NCBI GenBank assembly: GCA_039588335.1
Contig: JBDGZZ010000003.1
Coordinates: forward strand, 1,907 to 65,906
From: Gemmatimonadota bacterium
GTDB lineage: Bacteria; Gemmatimonadota; Gemmatimonadetes; Gemmatimonadales; GWC2-71-9
DNA length: 64,000 bases
Direction of reading: 5' to 3'
The notes beneath the pieces are model-generated. The model made no database searches. It worked only from the letters and a program-made list of their open reading frames with translations, and had not been told where the DNA came from. The first letter of the stretch is position 1. Every line of letters begins with the position of its first letter. A program made the translations under genes and the position numbers. Shown here piece after piece: positions 1 to 10,285 of the stretch.

Positions 1-1541
1 TCGTCTTCAGAAAGGTACGGCTGCTGTTCGCCTGCGAGATTCTCGAAGTATTTGTCGGCGTACTGCAGCAGTTCTTCCGAACTCTCTTCCGGCAGTACCG
101 TGGGCTGGTTCGATTCTAGGACCAGATTCATGAAGCGATCTAGTTCCTCGATCTGTCTGGCGTGCTCGACCCCGAGTCGTTCGACATAAGCTTCGTACCC
201 ATCGGGGCCGGTGCTTTCCAGGTACTCCACGCGTTGGCGGTAGAACTCCCGTTCTACAGTGCGTCTGACGAAACCGTAGCGCTGCTTCACCAACTCGAGG
301 TCGTGTTCGTAGAGTTTGCGGGCCTTGACCAGTACCTCTTCGCGCACACCCACTTTTCCGAAGTCGTGTAGCAGACCGGCGTACTTGATCTCACGCAGAT
401 CCTTCCTCGTGAAGCTGAGGTTCCGGAACGGGCCGGACACCGAACGATCAATGACTTTCGCGAGAGCCAAAGTCTTATCCGCAACCCGCCCGGAATGTCC
501 AAAGGTCGTGGGATCCCGTTGCTCGATTGCATGCACTGACGCGCGGACGAACCCCTCGAACAGACGCTCGATTTCCTGATACAGGAGGCTGTTCTCGATC
601 GATACCGCAGCCTGGCCGGCCAGTGCCTTGCTCAGAGACTCCACGCGGCTGGAGTACGGCACCACCTGTGTTGTGAATTGCTCCGGGGTCTCGAGGACCG
701 TTTCGAAATCCCGTTTCCTGTTGATCAACTGGAGCACACCGATGACTTCATCATTGTGGTCGGCCATCGGAATGGTGAGCATCGACCGCGTGCGGTATCC
801 GTATTTTTCGTCTATGGACCTATTGATGGTGTACTCTGCATCGGGCGGGAGAAAATAGGCGTCGTCTATCCTGAGCGGTCTATTAGTGGTAGCCACGTAC
901 CCGGCGATGCTCTTTCTGTCCAGCGGGATGGTGAATTCAACCAGGGGAATATCCGGCCGCGAGTAATTCTGTGACAGTTTGAACCGGAGATGGCGCCTGC
1001 CGGCGTCGGTTTTCTCTACGAGATAGAGACTGGCAGCATCGGAGGACGTGAGTTCCCGTGCCTGGGACAAGATCAGGTCCTGCAACTCCGTGTAGTCGTG
1101 CTCGGTGCTGAGCGCCATGCCGATCTTGGTGAGCTCTCCGATCTCCTTTGTGCGGGACGCGGCCTCGTTTCGGGCCCGCACTGAGTCTGCCCGCGCGGCC
1201 GCTTCACGGTACGCTGCCCGTATTGCGAGCAAGAGTTGCTTCGTTCCGTAAGGCGTGCTAACGAATGCGGAGAGCAGGTCACCGTCGAGCTCTGGCGGTA
1301 CATCTTCCTCACGGTCTCCTCCAATTGCCACTACCGCACCGCCTGAGTCGACGAAGTCACGCAATTGCCTATCGCTGAAATGGTCCCGACTCCCGGGAGC
1401 GAGCACGAACACAGTCGGACCGTTGCGTGCCGCCAGGTCGGAGTCGGGGAAGACCGGAGTTGCCAGGATCCCTTCGCCCGCCAGTGCATCAGCTATGGTT
1501 TCCATTCCGAAGTCGGTTGTATGGAGTAGCGTGTAGTTCAT
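1..1541 (-). CDS. GAF-domain HD / HD-GYP-type phosphohydrolase (probable cyclic-di-GMP phosphodiesterase); C-terminus lies outside the window
   Basis: Absent from the ORF track because it runs off the left edge. My translation from ATG 1541..1539 (purine-rich AGGAGAG just upstream) stays open to position 3. It reads MNYTLLHTTDFGMETIADAL..., then a GAF-like block (SLYLVEK...SMLTIPM...VIGVLQLINRK), then an HD block (HSGRVADKTLALAKV...YAGLLHDFGKVGVREEVLVKARKL). Confidence 0.8.
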   Translation of the reverse strand, partial: MNYTLLHTTDFGMETIADALAGEGILATPVFPDSDLAARNGPTVFVLAPGSRDHFSDRQLRDFVDSGGAVVAIGGDREEDVPPELDGDLLSAFVSTPYGTKQLLLAIRAAYREAAARADSVRARNEAASRTKEIGELTKIGMALSTEHDYTELQDLILSQARELTSSDAASLYLVEKTDAGRRHLRFKLSQNYSRPDIPLVEFTIPLDRKSIAGYVATTNRPLRIDDAYFLPPDAEYTINRSIDEKYGYRTRSMLTIPMADHNDEVIGVLQLINRKRDFETVLETPEQFTTQVVPYSSRVESLSKALAGQAAVSIENSLLYQEIERLFEGFVRASVHAIEQRDPTTFGHSGRVADKTLALAKVIDRSVSGPFRNLSFTRKDLREIKYAGLLHDFGKVGVREEVLVKARKLYEHDLELVKQRYGFVRRTVEREFYRQRVEYLESTGPDGYEAYVERLGVEHARQIEELDRFMNLVLESNQPTVLPEESSEELLQYADKYFENLAGEQQPYLSED

Positions 1542-1724
1542 CTCTCCTGGTTTCCCGAGTCAGCAGGGTGCCCATCTGCCAGGTAACCCTGGCCAGAAGG
1601 TATCTGCCATCGGAGCGAAACGCGAGTACAGTCCCGCGCAACAACGAGCGCCACCGCCCAGTGTGGGCGATGGCGCTGACTCCGTACGCCTCTGAACGCT
1701 GGCGCGGTCACGCGCCAGCGGACA

Positions 1725-2432
1725 CTAACCTCCAACCTGTCTCAGAGCTTCGTGTGCTGGAGTGTAGTCCGGAAAATCCTTGGTCACCTGGCTGAACAGC
1801 TCTATGGCGCGATCGTTGTCTCCGCGTTCAGCATAGAACAGACCCTTGGTGTAGAGGCGAACTGCCTCTTCGGAGAGCTTGATGTCCTTGCGTTCGTTTA
1901 GGATGTTTTTCGAGAGCGGCTCCAGATCGACTCCACGCGTGACCTTGTCCGCGAGTTCCACCACCATGTCGAACATGCCTTCGCGGTCGCCTCGCACGCC
2001 TTGGGCGTTGATGATCTCGCTGGTTTCAACTTCGACGATGCGTGCGTCGAAGCGGAAATCTGAATACCAGTCGATGAAGCCACCGAGTATCACGTATTTT
2101 GCGCCCACGATCCGCCCGACCTGCGCTGCAGTGGCGGCATCGACACGACCGCTGACGCCGAGGTCCTGCTCGGCGATGAGGTCGTTGAGACGACTCCGGT
2201 CGACGAGGCGAAGATCGGTGTTGACCGCGAGTTCAGTGATCAGCATCTGCTGCAACCCGGCTTCGAATGCGTCGTAATCTTCGCTTTCGAGGCCGTACGA
2301 CCCCCCGTTTTCGAACACCCAAACCGCGATGCCAGGTCGTGTATCCTGAGCTACAACGATCGACGGTACTGTCACAGCCGCCACGAGGCCAAACGCAATC
2401 AATGAACGCCACCGCATAGGTCTATCCTCCAT
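1725..2432 (-). CDS. CsgG/LpoB-like periplasmic domain protein with C-terminal TPR-like helices
   Basis: 235-aa ORF with a signal peptide (RSLIAFGLVAAVTVPSIVVAQ). CsgG-like block GIAVWVFENGG...LRLVDRSRLNDLIAEQDLG...GAKYVILGGF. C-terminal TPR-like segment AVRLYTKGLFYAERGDNDRAIELFSQV. Confidence 0.5.
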   Translation of the reverse strand: MEDRPMRWRSLIAFGLVAAVTVPSIVVAQDTRPGIAVWVFENGGSYGLESEDYDAFEAGLQQMLITELAVNTDLRLVDRSRLNDLIAEQDLGVSGRVDAATAAQVGRIVGAKYVILGGFIDWYSDFRFDARIVEVETSEIINAQGVRGDREGMFDMVVELADKVTRGVDLEPLSKNILNERKDIKLSEEAVRLYTKGLFYAERGDNDRAIELFSQVTKDFPDYTPAHEALRQVGG

Positions 2433-3357
2433 CTAACGTCAACTCGGTCCCCTCGGCCGCGGCTATTACCTCGAGCGAAGGCTGCAAGCTTTCTGCCTTC
2501 GTCTGTGCCGCCTCCACCAATGCGTCCAAAGCTGAGTCGTCTCGCTCGGGACCATGGTGGAACATGACCAGCCGTTTCACCCCAGCCTCCACTGCCAGTT
2601 CCAAGGCCTCCTCAAATGAGGAATGTCCCCAGCCTTGGAATCGTCCAATCTCGTCCGCCGTGAACATGGCGTCGTGCACCAACACGTCTACACCCTGCAA
2701 GAACCGTACGAATTCCTGCCTCCACCCAGGTTCCACCGGGTAATCGACGCCAGCTCCCAATTCGTTGTCGGTGGCGTATACCAGGCTGTCTCCTCCGCCA
2801 AGGGGAGTGAGCCGATACGCCAGCGTATTGCCTGGGTGCCGCAAACGCATCGAACTCGCCGCAAACCCACCTACCTCCAGGTCCTCGCCCGCCACGTGCT
2901 CCACCGTTAGCCGGGCCGCGAGCCCGTCCAATGGAATGGGAAACACCATTGGCTCCATCTGGGCCCGCAGGATCGTTTCCAGGTCCACGTCACCTTGCTG
3001 CGGTCCCCAGATTCGAACTGCATTGCCACCGTCGAACAGCGGTCCGAAGAACGGGAGACCCTGGATATGGTCCCAGTGGGTGTGGCTCAGCAGCAGATCC
3101 ACATCCCCGACCCCGCGCTTCATCAACTCGGTGCCCAGCAGGCGGATCCCGGTACCGGCATCCAGAACCACCACTCGGTCACCGGACCCGCCTACCCGCT
3201 CGACCAAAACGCACGGCGTGTTCCCGCCATAACGGGCGGTGAGACTCCCGGGCGTCGGGATCGACCCCCTAGTTCCCCAGAAGACTATTCGGTACGCCAT
3301 TCGCTCGTCGCAGTCACCATCCTCGACAACATACGACCCACCCGGAATCCGAGACAA
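2422..3357 (-). CDS. MBL-fold metallo-hydrolase (possible cyclic-nucleotide phosphodiesterase)
   Basis: HxHxDH motif (LLLSHTHWDHIQG) plus downstream His/Asp ligand residues. The likely true start is ATG 3300 (MAYRIVFWGTRGSIPTPG). Confidence 0.75.
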   Translation of the reverse strand: MSRIPGGSYVVEDGDCDERMAYRIVFWGTRGSIPTPGSLTARYGGNTPCVLVERVGGSGDRVVVLDAGTGIRLLGTELMKRGVGDVDLLLSHTHWDHIQGLPFFGPLFDGGNAVRIWGPQQGDVDLETILRAQMEPMVFPIPLDGLAARLTVEHVAGEDLEVGGFAASSMRLRHPGNTLAYRLTPLGGGDSLVYATDNELGAGVDYPVEPGWRQEFVRFLQGVDVLVHDAMFTADEIGRFQGWGHSSFEEALELAVEAGVKRLVMFHHGPERDDSALDALVEAAQTKAESLQPSLEVIAAAEGTELTLDGG

Positions 3358-3389
3358 GGAACACAGTCACCGCGGCCGGGTGACATGGC

Positions 3390-4067
3390 TCACTGCAGCC
3401 CAGCGGCGGCCTCGAGCGCTGCACGATCGCGAATCTCGATGCTCTTTCGCGTCACGTGGATCAAACCCTGATCGGCGAGATTGCCGATGGTGCGAGACAC
3501 AGTTTCCCGGCTCGAGCCTACCATCTGTGCTATCGTATGATGGGTGATCTTTCTGCTGATTGCAGATCCGTCACCCTGGTCGGCGAGTTCGATCAAAAGC
3601 CGTGCAATCCGGCCGGGGACATCGAGCAGAACGAGGCCGCCGATCTTGTCGTCGGCACTGCGCAGCCGGCGGGAGAGAGATTGCATCAGACCCAGTGCTA
3701 TGCGGGGCGCGTCGGTGAGGCAGCGGTGGAAGTCGTCCCGGTACAGGACGATCAGAGTCGAATCCTCCATGGCGATGACATTGGCGGAACGGGGTAGGTC
3801 GTCGATCAGAGACATCTCCCCGAAAAAATCTCCATCGCCCAGTACCGAGAGGATCACCTCACGACCATCCTCGCCCGTGAGCACTACTTTCACTTGACCG
3901 CTATCGACCACGTAAAGCGAATCACCCGGATCGTTTTCGAAGACGATGATGCTGTTCTTGGGATAGGTCTTCCGGCGGGTGACTTCGCTGATCCGGCCGA
4001 TTTCTGCCTCATCCAAGTGGGCGAAGAGCGGAACCTTGAGGAGGGTGTCGTGAATCGACATGAGCAA
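3390..4067 (-). CDS. Crp/Fnr family transcriptional regulator
   Basis: N-terminal cNMP-binding domain (LFAHLDEAEI...GDFFGEMSLIDDLPRSANV). C-terminal HTH (IAQMVGSSRETVSRTIGNLADQGLI). Confidence 0.85.
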   Translation of the reverse strand: MLMSIHDTLLKVPLFAHLDEAEIGRISEVTRRKTYPKNSIIVFENDPGDSLYVVDSGQVKVVLTGEDGREVILSVLGDGDFFGEMSLIDDLPRSANVIAMEDSTLIVLYRDDFHRCLTDAPRIALGLMQSLSRRLRSADDKIGGLVLLDVPGRIARLLIELADQGDGSAISRKITHHTIAQMVGSSRETVSRTIGNLADQGLIHVTRKSIEIRDRAALEAAAGLQ

Positions 4068-4145
4068 TGTTTCTCGGAAGATCGGAGGTTCCGGCTACAT
4101 TAGCGAGGCACCGGTCGTGTGTCAATTGAAGGAATGGCCCTGAGC

Positions 4146-4174
4146 TTGCCTGTAAGTCGGGGCCCCGTTTATAT
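4146..4174 (+). promoter_or_regulatory. Putative sigma70-type promoter for rpmE-prfA-prmC
   Basis: TTGCCT (4146-4151), 17-nt spacer, TTATAT (4169-4174), about 45 nt upstream of the rpmE GTG. This is the only AT-rich hexamer pair in the divergent intergenic region. Confidence 0.3.
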
Positions 4175-4217
4175 TTCGCGGCTCTCAAGGCGTGGACTTT
4201 GAACCGGAGAACGAACG

Positions 4218-4436
4218 GTGAAAGCGGGCATACATCCAGACTATCAGCGCGCTATCGTACAGTGTGCGTGTGGCAACAAGTTCGAGACCCGCTCCACACT
4301 ACCGGAGATCCACGTGGAGATCTGCTCTCACTGCCATCCCTTCTTCACCGGCAAGCAGAAGTTGGTCGACACGGCCGGACGAGTGGAACGGTTCCGTCAG
4401 CGCTACTCCAAGCAGACCCAGACAACAGGGCAATAG
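4218..4436 (+). CDS. rpmE: 50S ribosomal protein L31
   Basis: [10 protein letters not shown]...CACGNKF...[27 protein letters not shown] start. Confidence 0.95.
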   Translation: MKAGIHPDYQRAIVQCACGNKFETRSTLPEIHVEICSHCHPFFTGKQKLVDTAGRVERFRQRYSKQTQTTGQ

Positions 4437-4439
4437 CTA

Positions 4440-5498
4440 GTGCAGGCGCGGCTCCAGGCCGCGCTTGACCGCGCGGCTGAAATCGAGCGGGAGCTGGCCG
4501 ATCCGGCTACCGCAAAGGACCCCGTGAGACTCAAGGCCCTAGGCCGCGAGCACGCACGGCTGGACCGTATCAAGCGAACCGCTACCCAGTTCGAGAAACT
4601 CACGGACGAAGTCGACCAGGCTCGCGAGCTGTCGCGCGACTCCGACCAGGCCATGGTAGATCTCGCGCGGGCGGACCTGGACGACCTGGAACCCAGGCTC
4701 TCCCAGGTCCAGAGTGAGTTGCAGGAGCTGCTGGTTCCGCCGGACCCGCTGGACGACCGGGACGCCATCGTGGAGATCAGGGCCGGCACCGGTGGCGATG
4801 AGGCGGCTCTCTTTGCGGCCGATCTGTACCGCATGTACACGCGCTACGCTGAGCGCTGTAGCTGGACCGTGGAGCCGATGTCGCTGTCAGAGGGCAACGT
4901 GGGCGGGATCAAGGAAGTCGCGTTTGCCGTCCGCGGCGATAGATCGTACGGACGGCTGCGCCACGAATCCGGAGTGCACCGGGTCCAGAGGGTTCCGGCA
5001 ACTGAGGCCCAGGGTCGGATCCACACCTCCGCAGCGACCGTCGCCGTGCTGCCTGAGGCCGAGGACGTCGACGTGCAGATCGACGAGAAGGACCTCAAGG
5101 TGGACGTGTTCCGGTCGTCGGGGCCCGGCGGGCAAAGCGTCAACACCACTGACAGCGCCGTGCGCATCACCCACTTGCCGACGCGGTTGGTGGTCCAGTG
5201 CCAGGACCAGAAATCCCAACTACAGAACAAGGTCAAGGCCATGGAAGTGCTACGGGCCAGGTTGCTCGATAGGATGGTTGCGGAGCAAGAAGCCGAGAGA
5301 GCCCGGGAGAGGCGCTCCATGGTCGGCACCGGCGACAGATCGGCCAAGATCCGCACCTACAACTTCCCGCAGAATCGGGTGACTGACCACAGAATAAACC
5401 TCACCTTGCACCGCCTCGAGGAGATCCTGGCCGGAGATATGGACGAGGTGGTGGATCAGCTCAAAGTCGCCTACCTGGGCGAGCGGTCGGACGCCTGA
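4440..5498 (+). CDS. prfA: Peptide chain release factor 1
   Basis: GGQ motif ([23 protein letters not shown]) and RF1-type PxT tripeptide ([14 protein letters not shown]). Confidence 0.95.
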   Translation: MQARLQAALDRAAEIERELADPATAKDPVRLKALGREHARLDRIKRTATQFEKLTDEVDQARELSRDSDQAMVDLARADLDDLEPRLSQVQSELQELLVPPDPLDDRDAIVEIRAGTGGDEAALFAADLYRMYTRYAERCSWTVEPMSLSEGNVGGIKEVAFAVRGDRSYGRLRHESGVHRVQRVPATEAQGRIHTSAATVAVLPEAEDVDVQIDEKDLKVDVFRSSGPGGQSVNTTDSAVRITHLPTRLVVQCQDQKSQLQNKVKAMEVLRARLLDRMVAEQEAERARERRSMVGTGDRSAKIRTYNFPQNRVTDHRINLTLHRLEEILAGDMDEVVDQLKVAYLGERSDA

Positions 5499-6373
5499 TG
5501 TCACCCAGGTCGACCATTGGTGACGTGTTGGTGGAGGCTGCTCGGGTCCTCGACCGAGTGCGAGTCGCGGATCCACGCCGTGAAGCGATGGCGATCTGGG
5601 CCTCTCTGGCTGGGTTAGAACCGGGCCAATTGTGGCTCCAGCGGGGCGAAGATGCGCCGTTGCCGATACTAGCCCGTTTCCGGGCCGCCCTCGAGCGGAG
5701 GGTGCAGGGCGAGCCGCTGGCCTACGTTTTGGGCGTGGTTGGATTCCGCACGCTCGAGGTCACGGTAGACCGCCGCGTCCTGATCCCGCGGCCCGAGACT
5801 GAGGGACTCGTCGATCGAGTGTTGGCCTGGGGAACCGCGCGGAAGGGCCCCAAGTCAGGGTGGGGAACCGCCGCCGACGTAGGTACCGGGAGTGGGTGCA
5901 TAGCCCTCAGTCTCGCCGTAGAGGGTAAGTTCGACCGGGTAATAGCCACGGACGATTCAGCGGATGCGCTCGAGGTCGCGGCAGGTAACGTCAGGTTTGT
6001 GGCTCCCGATCCGCCAGTGGAGCTGAGACAGGGGCCGGGGCTCGACCCGTTGCGGGAAGAGTTGCTCGACGTCGTGGTTTCCAATCCTCCTTATCTCACC
6101 AAGGGCGAGCACGAATTATTGGAGACCGGAGTGAAGGACTTTGAGCCGAAGAAAGCGCTTGTGAGCGATGCTGATGGAATGAGACATACCGAGGAGCTTC
6201 TAGGGCAATCCCGGGCGCTCTTGGCTGAGGGCGGCCTGTTGGCCGTCGAGATAGATTCTACCAGGGCCGAGATGGCGTTGGATCTGGCGAGGAAGGCCGG
6301 CTGGATCGGCGCACGAGTCGAATCGGACTTGTTTGGCCGGCCCCGCTATTTGCTCGCAACCAAGGAGTTTTAA
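5498..6373 (+). CDS. prmC: Release-factor glutamine N5-methyltransferase
   Basis: NPPY motif (VVSNPPYL) and SAM-binding DVGTGSGCIAL. The start overlaps the prfA stop (TGATG). Confidence 0.9.
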   Translation: MSPRSTIGDVLVEAARVLDRVRVADPRREAMAIWASLAGLEPGQLWLQRGEDAPLPILARFRAALERRVQGEPLAYVLGVVGFRTLEVTVDRRVLIPRPETEGLVDRVLAWGTARKGPKSGWGTAADVGTGSGCIALSLAVEGKFDRVIATDDSADALEVAAGNVRFVAPDPPVELRQGPGLDPLREELLDVVVSNPPYLTKGEHELLETGVKDFEPKKALVSDADGMRHTEELLGQSRALLAEGGLLAVEIDSTRAEMALDLARKAGWIGARVESDLFGRPRYLLATKEF

Positions 6374-6727
6374 GTGATCGAAGAAAAGGCGGTCGAACTG
6401 GGTCGGGTTATTGGGCAGACGGACGAATACAAATCCGTGAGGCAGGCGAGGGAGAGTCTGGAGGAGATCACTGAGATCAGAGCCCAGACCCAGAGGCTCC
6501 AAGCCCTGGCCGAGAAAATCGAGGAGCACGCCCGGATGCAGCAGGAGCCCCCTCAAGAGGTAGCCGATGAATATGAGGGGTTGATGTCCAGCATTCAGGC
6601 CCATCCCAAATACCAGCAGCTCATAGCCGCCCAGGCCAACTTCGACAAGATCATGTTGCGGGTGAATGAGAGCATCCTTGAGGGAATGAAGAAGGGTGCC
6701 GAGAGCTCGATCATCATCCCTGGATAG
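6374..6727 (+). CDS. YlbF/YmcA-like helical protein (UPF0342-like)
   Basis: 117-aa all-helical ORF. The pattern AVELGRVIGQTDEYKSVRQA...HPKYQQLIAAQANFDKIMLRVNESI resembles the YlbF family. Family assignment is from memory of that pattern. Confidence 0.5.
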   Translation: MIEEKAVELGRVIGQTDEYKSVRQARESLEEITEIRAQTQRLQALAEKIEEHARMQQEPPQEVADEYEGLMSSIQAHPKYQQLIAAQANFDKIMLRVNESILEGMKKGAESSIIIPG

Positions 6728-6729
6728 TC

Positions 6730-7365
6730 ATGGGCGGTGCATTCATCGTAGTGGAAGGATTCGACGGAGTAGGCAAGACTACTCTTACGCGGCGTCTTGC
6801 GGAGCGCCTGCGGGCTGAGGGGCTCGATGTGCTCGAGGTACGGGAGCCGGGGGGAACGCCACTGGCGGAGGCTGCTAGGGCTGCGGTGCTCGATCCTTCG
6901 CTGGACGCAACCGCCGAGGCTGAGTTGTTCCTCATGTTAGCTGCACGGGCCGACTTGGTGAGGCGTGTGATCCAGCCGGCTCTCGATCGTGGTACGGTGG
7001 TGCTCAGTGACCGCTACGATCTGTCCACGTTCGCGTATCAGGTGGAAGGTCGGAAGCTTCCCCATGATCCGGTTGTGGCCGCAAATCAGATTGCCACCGG
7101 AGGGCTTACGCCGGATATCACCCTGGTGCTCGATGCCCCGACCGAAGTGGCCATGCAGCGAAGTGCTGCCAAGGGAACGGAGCCAGATCGGATCGAGAGT
7201 ATCGTCAACGAGGTTCGGAGCCGGATCGCTGGGGCGTTCAGTAACGCTCAGGGCCCCGGGGTGGTGCACGTCGACGCAACGGGATCGCCCGAAGCGGTCG
7301 AGGCGGTTGCGTGGGAAGCAGTACGGGACCACCTGGACGGAACCGGAAGCACCAAGGCGGGTTGA
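6730..7365 (+). CDS. tmk: Thymidylate kinase
   Basis: P-loop FIVVEGFDGVGKTT, REPGGT, SDRY. Confidence 0.9.
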   Translation: MGGAFIVVEGFDGVGKTTLTRRLAERLRAEGLDVLEVREPGGTPLAEAARAAVLDPSLDATAEAELFLMLAARADLVRRVIQPALDRGTVVLSDRYDLSTFAYQVEGRKLPHDPVVAANQIATGGLTPDITLVLDAPTEVAMQRSAAKGTEPDRIESIVNEVRSRIAGAFSNAQGPGVVHVDATGSPEAVEAVAWEAVRDHLDGTGSTKAG

Positions 7366-7407
7366 ACGTGAATACGACTGGTTTTTTGCGAGCAGTGGAG
7401 GTAAACG

Positions 7408-9054
7408 ATGAAAGGGTCGCGTCTTCTCGTGTTGGCTCTCGTAGGGTTCATCTCATTCCTGTCCGGTGGCTGGCTATTGCAGCGTGGCACGGAGAGATCG
7501 GGCAACGTGTACGAAAGTGCGCGCTTGTTCGAAGACGTGCTGGCCCACATCGCCGAGTACGGAGTAGACACCGTCGACGAACGGCAGCTCTACGACATGG
7601 CGATAGACGGCCTACTGGAGCAGCTCGAAGATCCATATGCCAGCTTTCTGCGCCCCAATGACGTCGCTCAACTGAGGGAGCGCACGTCCGGTACTTACGG
7701 TGGCTTGGGGATGCAGATCGACGTGCGGGACGGTTGGATAACCGTTATTGCTCCGATGGCGGATACCCCTGCGGAAGAGGCAGGAATCGAGTCCGGCGAT
7801 CGCATAGTCGAAGTCGAGGGCGAGTCGACGTTTGGGTGGAAGAACGAGAAGGCCGTGATCGAGCTACGAGGTGAGCCGGGTACCGAGATCCGCATCTCCA
7901 TCGCCCGGCCGGGCGTACCGGAGCCGTTTGAAGTCACGCTCACACGCGCCATAATCAACGTGAGGTCAGTGCAGGCTGCCATCATGCTGAGCAGTGACGT
8001 GGGGTACATGTCGCTCGCGTTTTCCACCATCGGCCAGACGACTGTGAGTGAAGTGAAACAGCAGCTTGTCGAGCTGCGCGAGAACGGTGCTCACTCGCTG
8101 ATACTCGATTTGCGTGACACACCGGGCGGCATCCTCGATGAGGGCATCGCGCTGGCCGACCTGTTTCTCGACCGCGACATGGTGGTGGCGGATACGCGTG
8201 GTCGTACACCGCCGGCCACTGAGGTATACAATGCACGTCGGGATCAAGAATGGCCGGAAATGGCAGTCGTTGTACTGGTAAACGGTGGTACCGCCAGTGC
8301 GGCGGAGATCATTGCCGGAGCCCTCCAGGATCATGACCGGGCAGTGGTGTTAGGCACACCCACATTCGGCAAGGGGCTGGTGCAGACCGTCTACCCGTTT
8401 GGACCGGGCAACGCACTGCAAATAACCACTGGTCGCTGGTTCACGCCGAGTGGACGCACGATTCAGCGTCCCATTCGCCGCGTAGGAGAATCGCTGCGCA
8501 TCGTTGGTGGATTTGAGGAAGAACTGCGGGATCGGTCAGGTGATTCCAGTGTGACCGAGGGAAGCGATGTGTTTTATACCGATTCGGGCCGTCCGGTGAT
8601 CGGGGGAGGGGGTATCAGACCGGACATTTCGGTGCGACTCGACACTCTAGTCGATCGGGAGCAGGAGTTCTGGAGTGCGCTCGGCGCGCAGATCCCAGCC
8701 TATAGGGGAGCACTGACCACCTACGCGCTGGAGATCAAGGCAGCTGGAACCGTGAGCGATCCCGATTTCACCGTGACGCGCGAGATGTACGCCGAGTTCG
8801 AGCGCCGGTTACAGTCCGAGGTCGACCTGTCCCCTGAGGTGTTGGCTGGGGCCCGGAGTTTGATAGGGCGGCAGCTCGAATACGAGGTGACGCGCTACGT
8901 ATTCGGAAGGGATGTGGAGACCGCGCGCCGCACCGCCAACGACAGGCAGGTGCAGGCGGCTCTGACACTGCTCGAAGGTTCGCCTTCGCCGGAGGAACTG
9001 CTGGCGCGGACAGGGAGGGAGCAGGAATCACGGGGCGAAGATCTGAATCAGTGA
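7408..9054 (+). CDS. S41 carboxyl-terminal processing peptidase with PDZ domain
   Basis: N-terminal TM/signal segment. PDZ (YGGLGMQIDV...GIESGDRIVEVEG). Catalytic region (VLVNGGTASAAEIIAGALQD...TFGKGLVQT). Confidence 0.9.
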   Translation: MKGSRLLVLALVGFISFLSGGWLLQRGTERSGNVYESARLFEDVLAHIAEYGVDTVDERQLYDMAIDGLLEQLEDPYASFLRPNDVAQLRERTSGTYGGLGMQIDVRDGWITVIAPMADTPAEEAGIESGDRIVEVEGESTFGWKNEKAVIELRGEPGTEIRISIARPGVPEPFEVTLTRAIINVRSVQAAIMLSSDVGYMSLAFSTIGQTTVSEVKQQLVELRENGAHSLILDLRDTPGGILDEGIALADLFLDRDMVVADTRGRTPPATEVYNARRDQEWPEMAVVVLVNGGTASAAEIIAGALQDHDRAVVLGTPTFGKGLVQTVYPFGPGNALQITTGRWFTPSGRTIQRPIRRVGESLRIVGGFEEELRDRSGDSSVTEGSDVFYTDSGRPVIGGGGIRPDISVRLDTLVDREQEFWSALGAQIPAYRGALTTYALEIKAAGTVSDPDFTVTREMYAEFERRLQSEVDLSPEVLAGARSLIGRQLEYEVTRYVFGRDVETARRTANDRQVQAALTLLEGSPSPEELLARTGREQESRGEDLNQ

Positions 9055-9893
9055 CGGCTGTTGGGATCGTTGGACCGGGCCGTGCGGGAGCGGGGCTCGG
9101 ATTGGCGTTGGCGCGCGCCGGCTACAATGTCAATATCCACGGCCGGCGGAGTCGAGTGCTACCTGCACCGCTCAACCTCACCGTTGGTGATGTTCCCCCT
9201 TGGTTAGACGCAGTTGAAGTGATCCTGTTGGCGGTCCCCGACGATGCCCTCGAGAAAGTCGCGAGCGAGCTGAGTGGTACCTGCCAGATCGACGACAAGC
9301 ACACCGTGCTTCACCTGTCGGGGGTCTTGGATGCGACAGCTCTAGCCCCACTCGAACACTGCGGTTGCGCACGGGGATCGCTTCATCCGTTGCAGTCCCT
9401 GAGCGATCCGGAGTCGGCCCCCGACAGATTGGCCGGCGCTGTCGCCGCCGTCGAAGGAGATGACCGCGCGATGCGAGTAGCTCGACAGTTGGCTCGCGCG
9501 GTAGGACTAGAGCCGTTCGATGTTCCGGCGGAATCCAAGGCGTTGTACCATGCGGCGGCGGTGTTTGCATCGAACTACCTGGTAACACTGGCCACAACGG
9601 CCCACCGTCTGCTGCGCAAGGTGGGGCTGTCGGAGGAGCGGGCGAGTGAGGCTCTGGCGCCGATCATTCGTGGGACCGTCGAAAACATCGTGGAGTATGG
9701 TCCTGAACGGGCTCTCACGGGTCCCGTTGCTCGCGGTGACCGAACGACCATCGAACGGCATCTGGAGGCCCTCCCTGCCGAGCAGGAGGCTCTGTACAGA
9801 GCCCTGGCGCGCGCGACCCTCAACATGGCTCAACTACCGGAGGACGTCCGCAAAGCCGTAGAGAACGACCTCTCTCAGTCAAACACTGCTTGA
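9051..9893 (+). CDS. Rossmann-fold / DUF2520 domain protein
   Basis: N-terminal GxGxxG (VGIVGPGRAGAGLG). C-terminal blocks HPLQSL, YHAAAVFASNY and LTGPVARGD, typical of DUF2520. Confidence 0.7.
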   Translation: MTAVGIVGPGRAGAGLGLALARAGYNVNIHGRRSRVLPAPLNLTVGDVPPWLDAVEVILLAVPDDALEKVASELSGTCQIDDKHTVLHLSGVLDATALAPLEHCGCARGSLHPLQSLSDPESAPDRLAGAVAAVEGDDRAMRVARQLARAVGLEPFDVPAESKALYHAAAVFASNYLVTLATTAHRLLRKVGLSEERASEALAPIIRGTVENIVEYGPERALTGPVARGDRTTIERHLEALPAEQEALYRALARATLNMAQLPEDVRKAVENDLSQSNTA

Positions 9894-9971
9894 ACGCTCC
9901 CCTCGACATCGCAATGAACATATGGCCATCGCTTGGTGTTACAGTGATCGGACCAGGTTCGAGGAGCTGCA

Positions 9972-10184
9972 TTGGACAAGAGCAAAGGTTGTACACCGCC
10001 ACCCGGCCATCCGTGGCTCATGCTGGTGGCAGTGCTGATCTTCTTTGTTACGCCGGTGACTCTAGCCAGCGCCGTGTCGAGCCCACCGATCACGGGCTGG
10101 ACTTTCTTGCCCGGGGCCATGCTGGGTGCCGTCTTGGTCGGAGCTTACTATCGCTGGTGGCGAGGTGAACGCAGGCACGATTGA
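9972..10184 (+). CDS. Possible small two-TM membrane protein
   Basis: The only ORF in a 390-nt gap. Two hydrophobic stretches (LMLVAVLIFFVTPVTLA, GAMLGAVLVGAYY). No recognisable family, and it could be non-coding. Confidence 0.25.
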   Translation: MDKSKGCTPPPGHPWLMLVAVLIFFVTPVTLASAVSSPPITGWTFLPGAMLGAVLVGAYYRWWRGERRHD

Positions 10185-10285
10185 GAGGTAAGCGATCACA
10201 GGTTTGACATGGTGCCTCAGTCTAGTGATGATACTCCCCTAACAGCTGTACCCGATTCTGACCCCCCGGACGAACAGAACGACAA

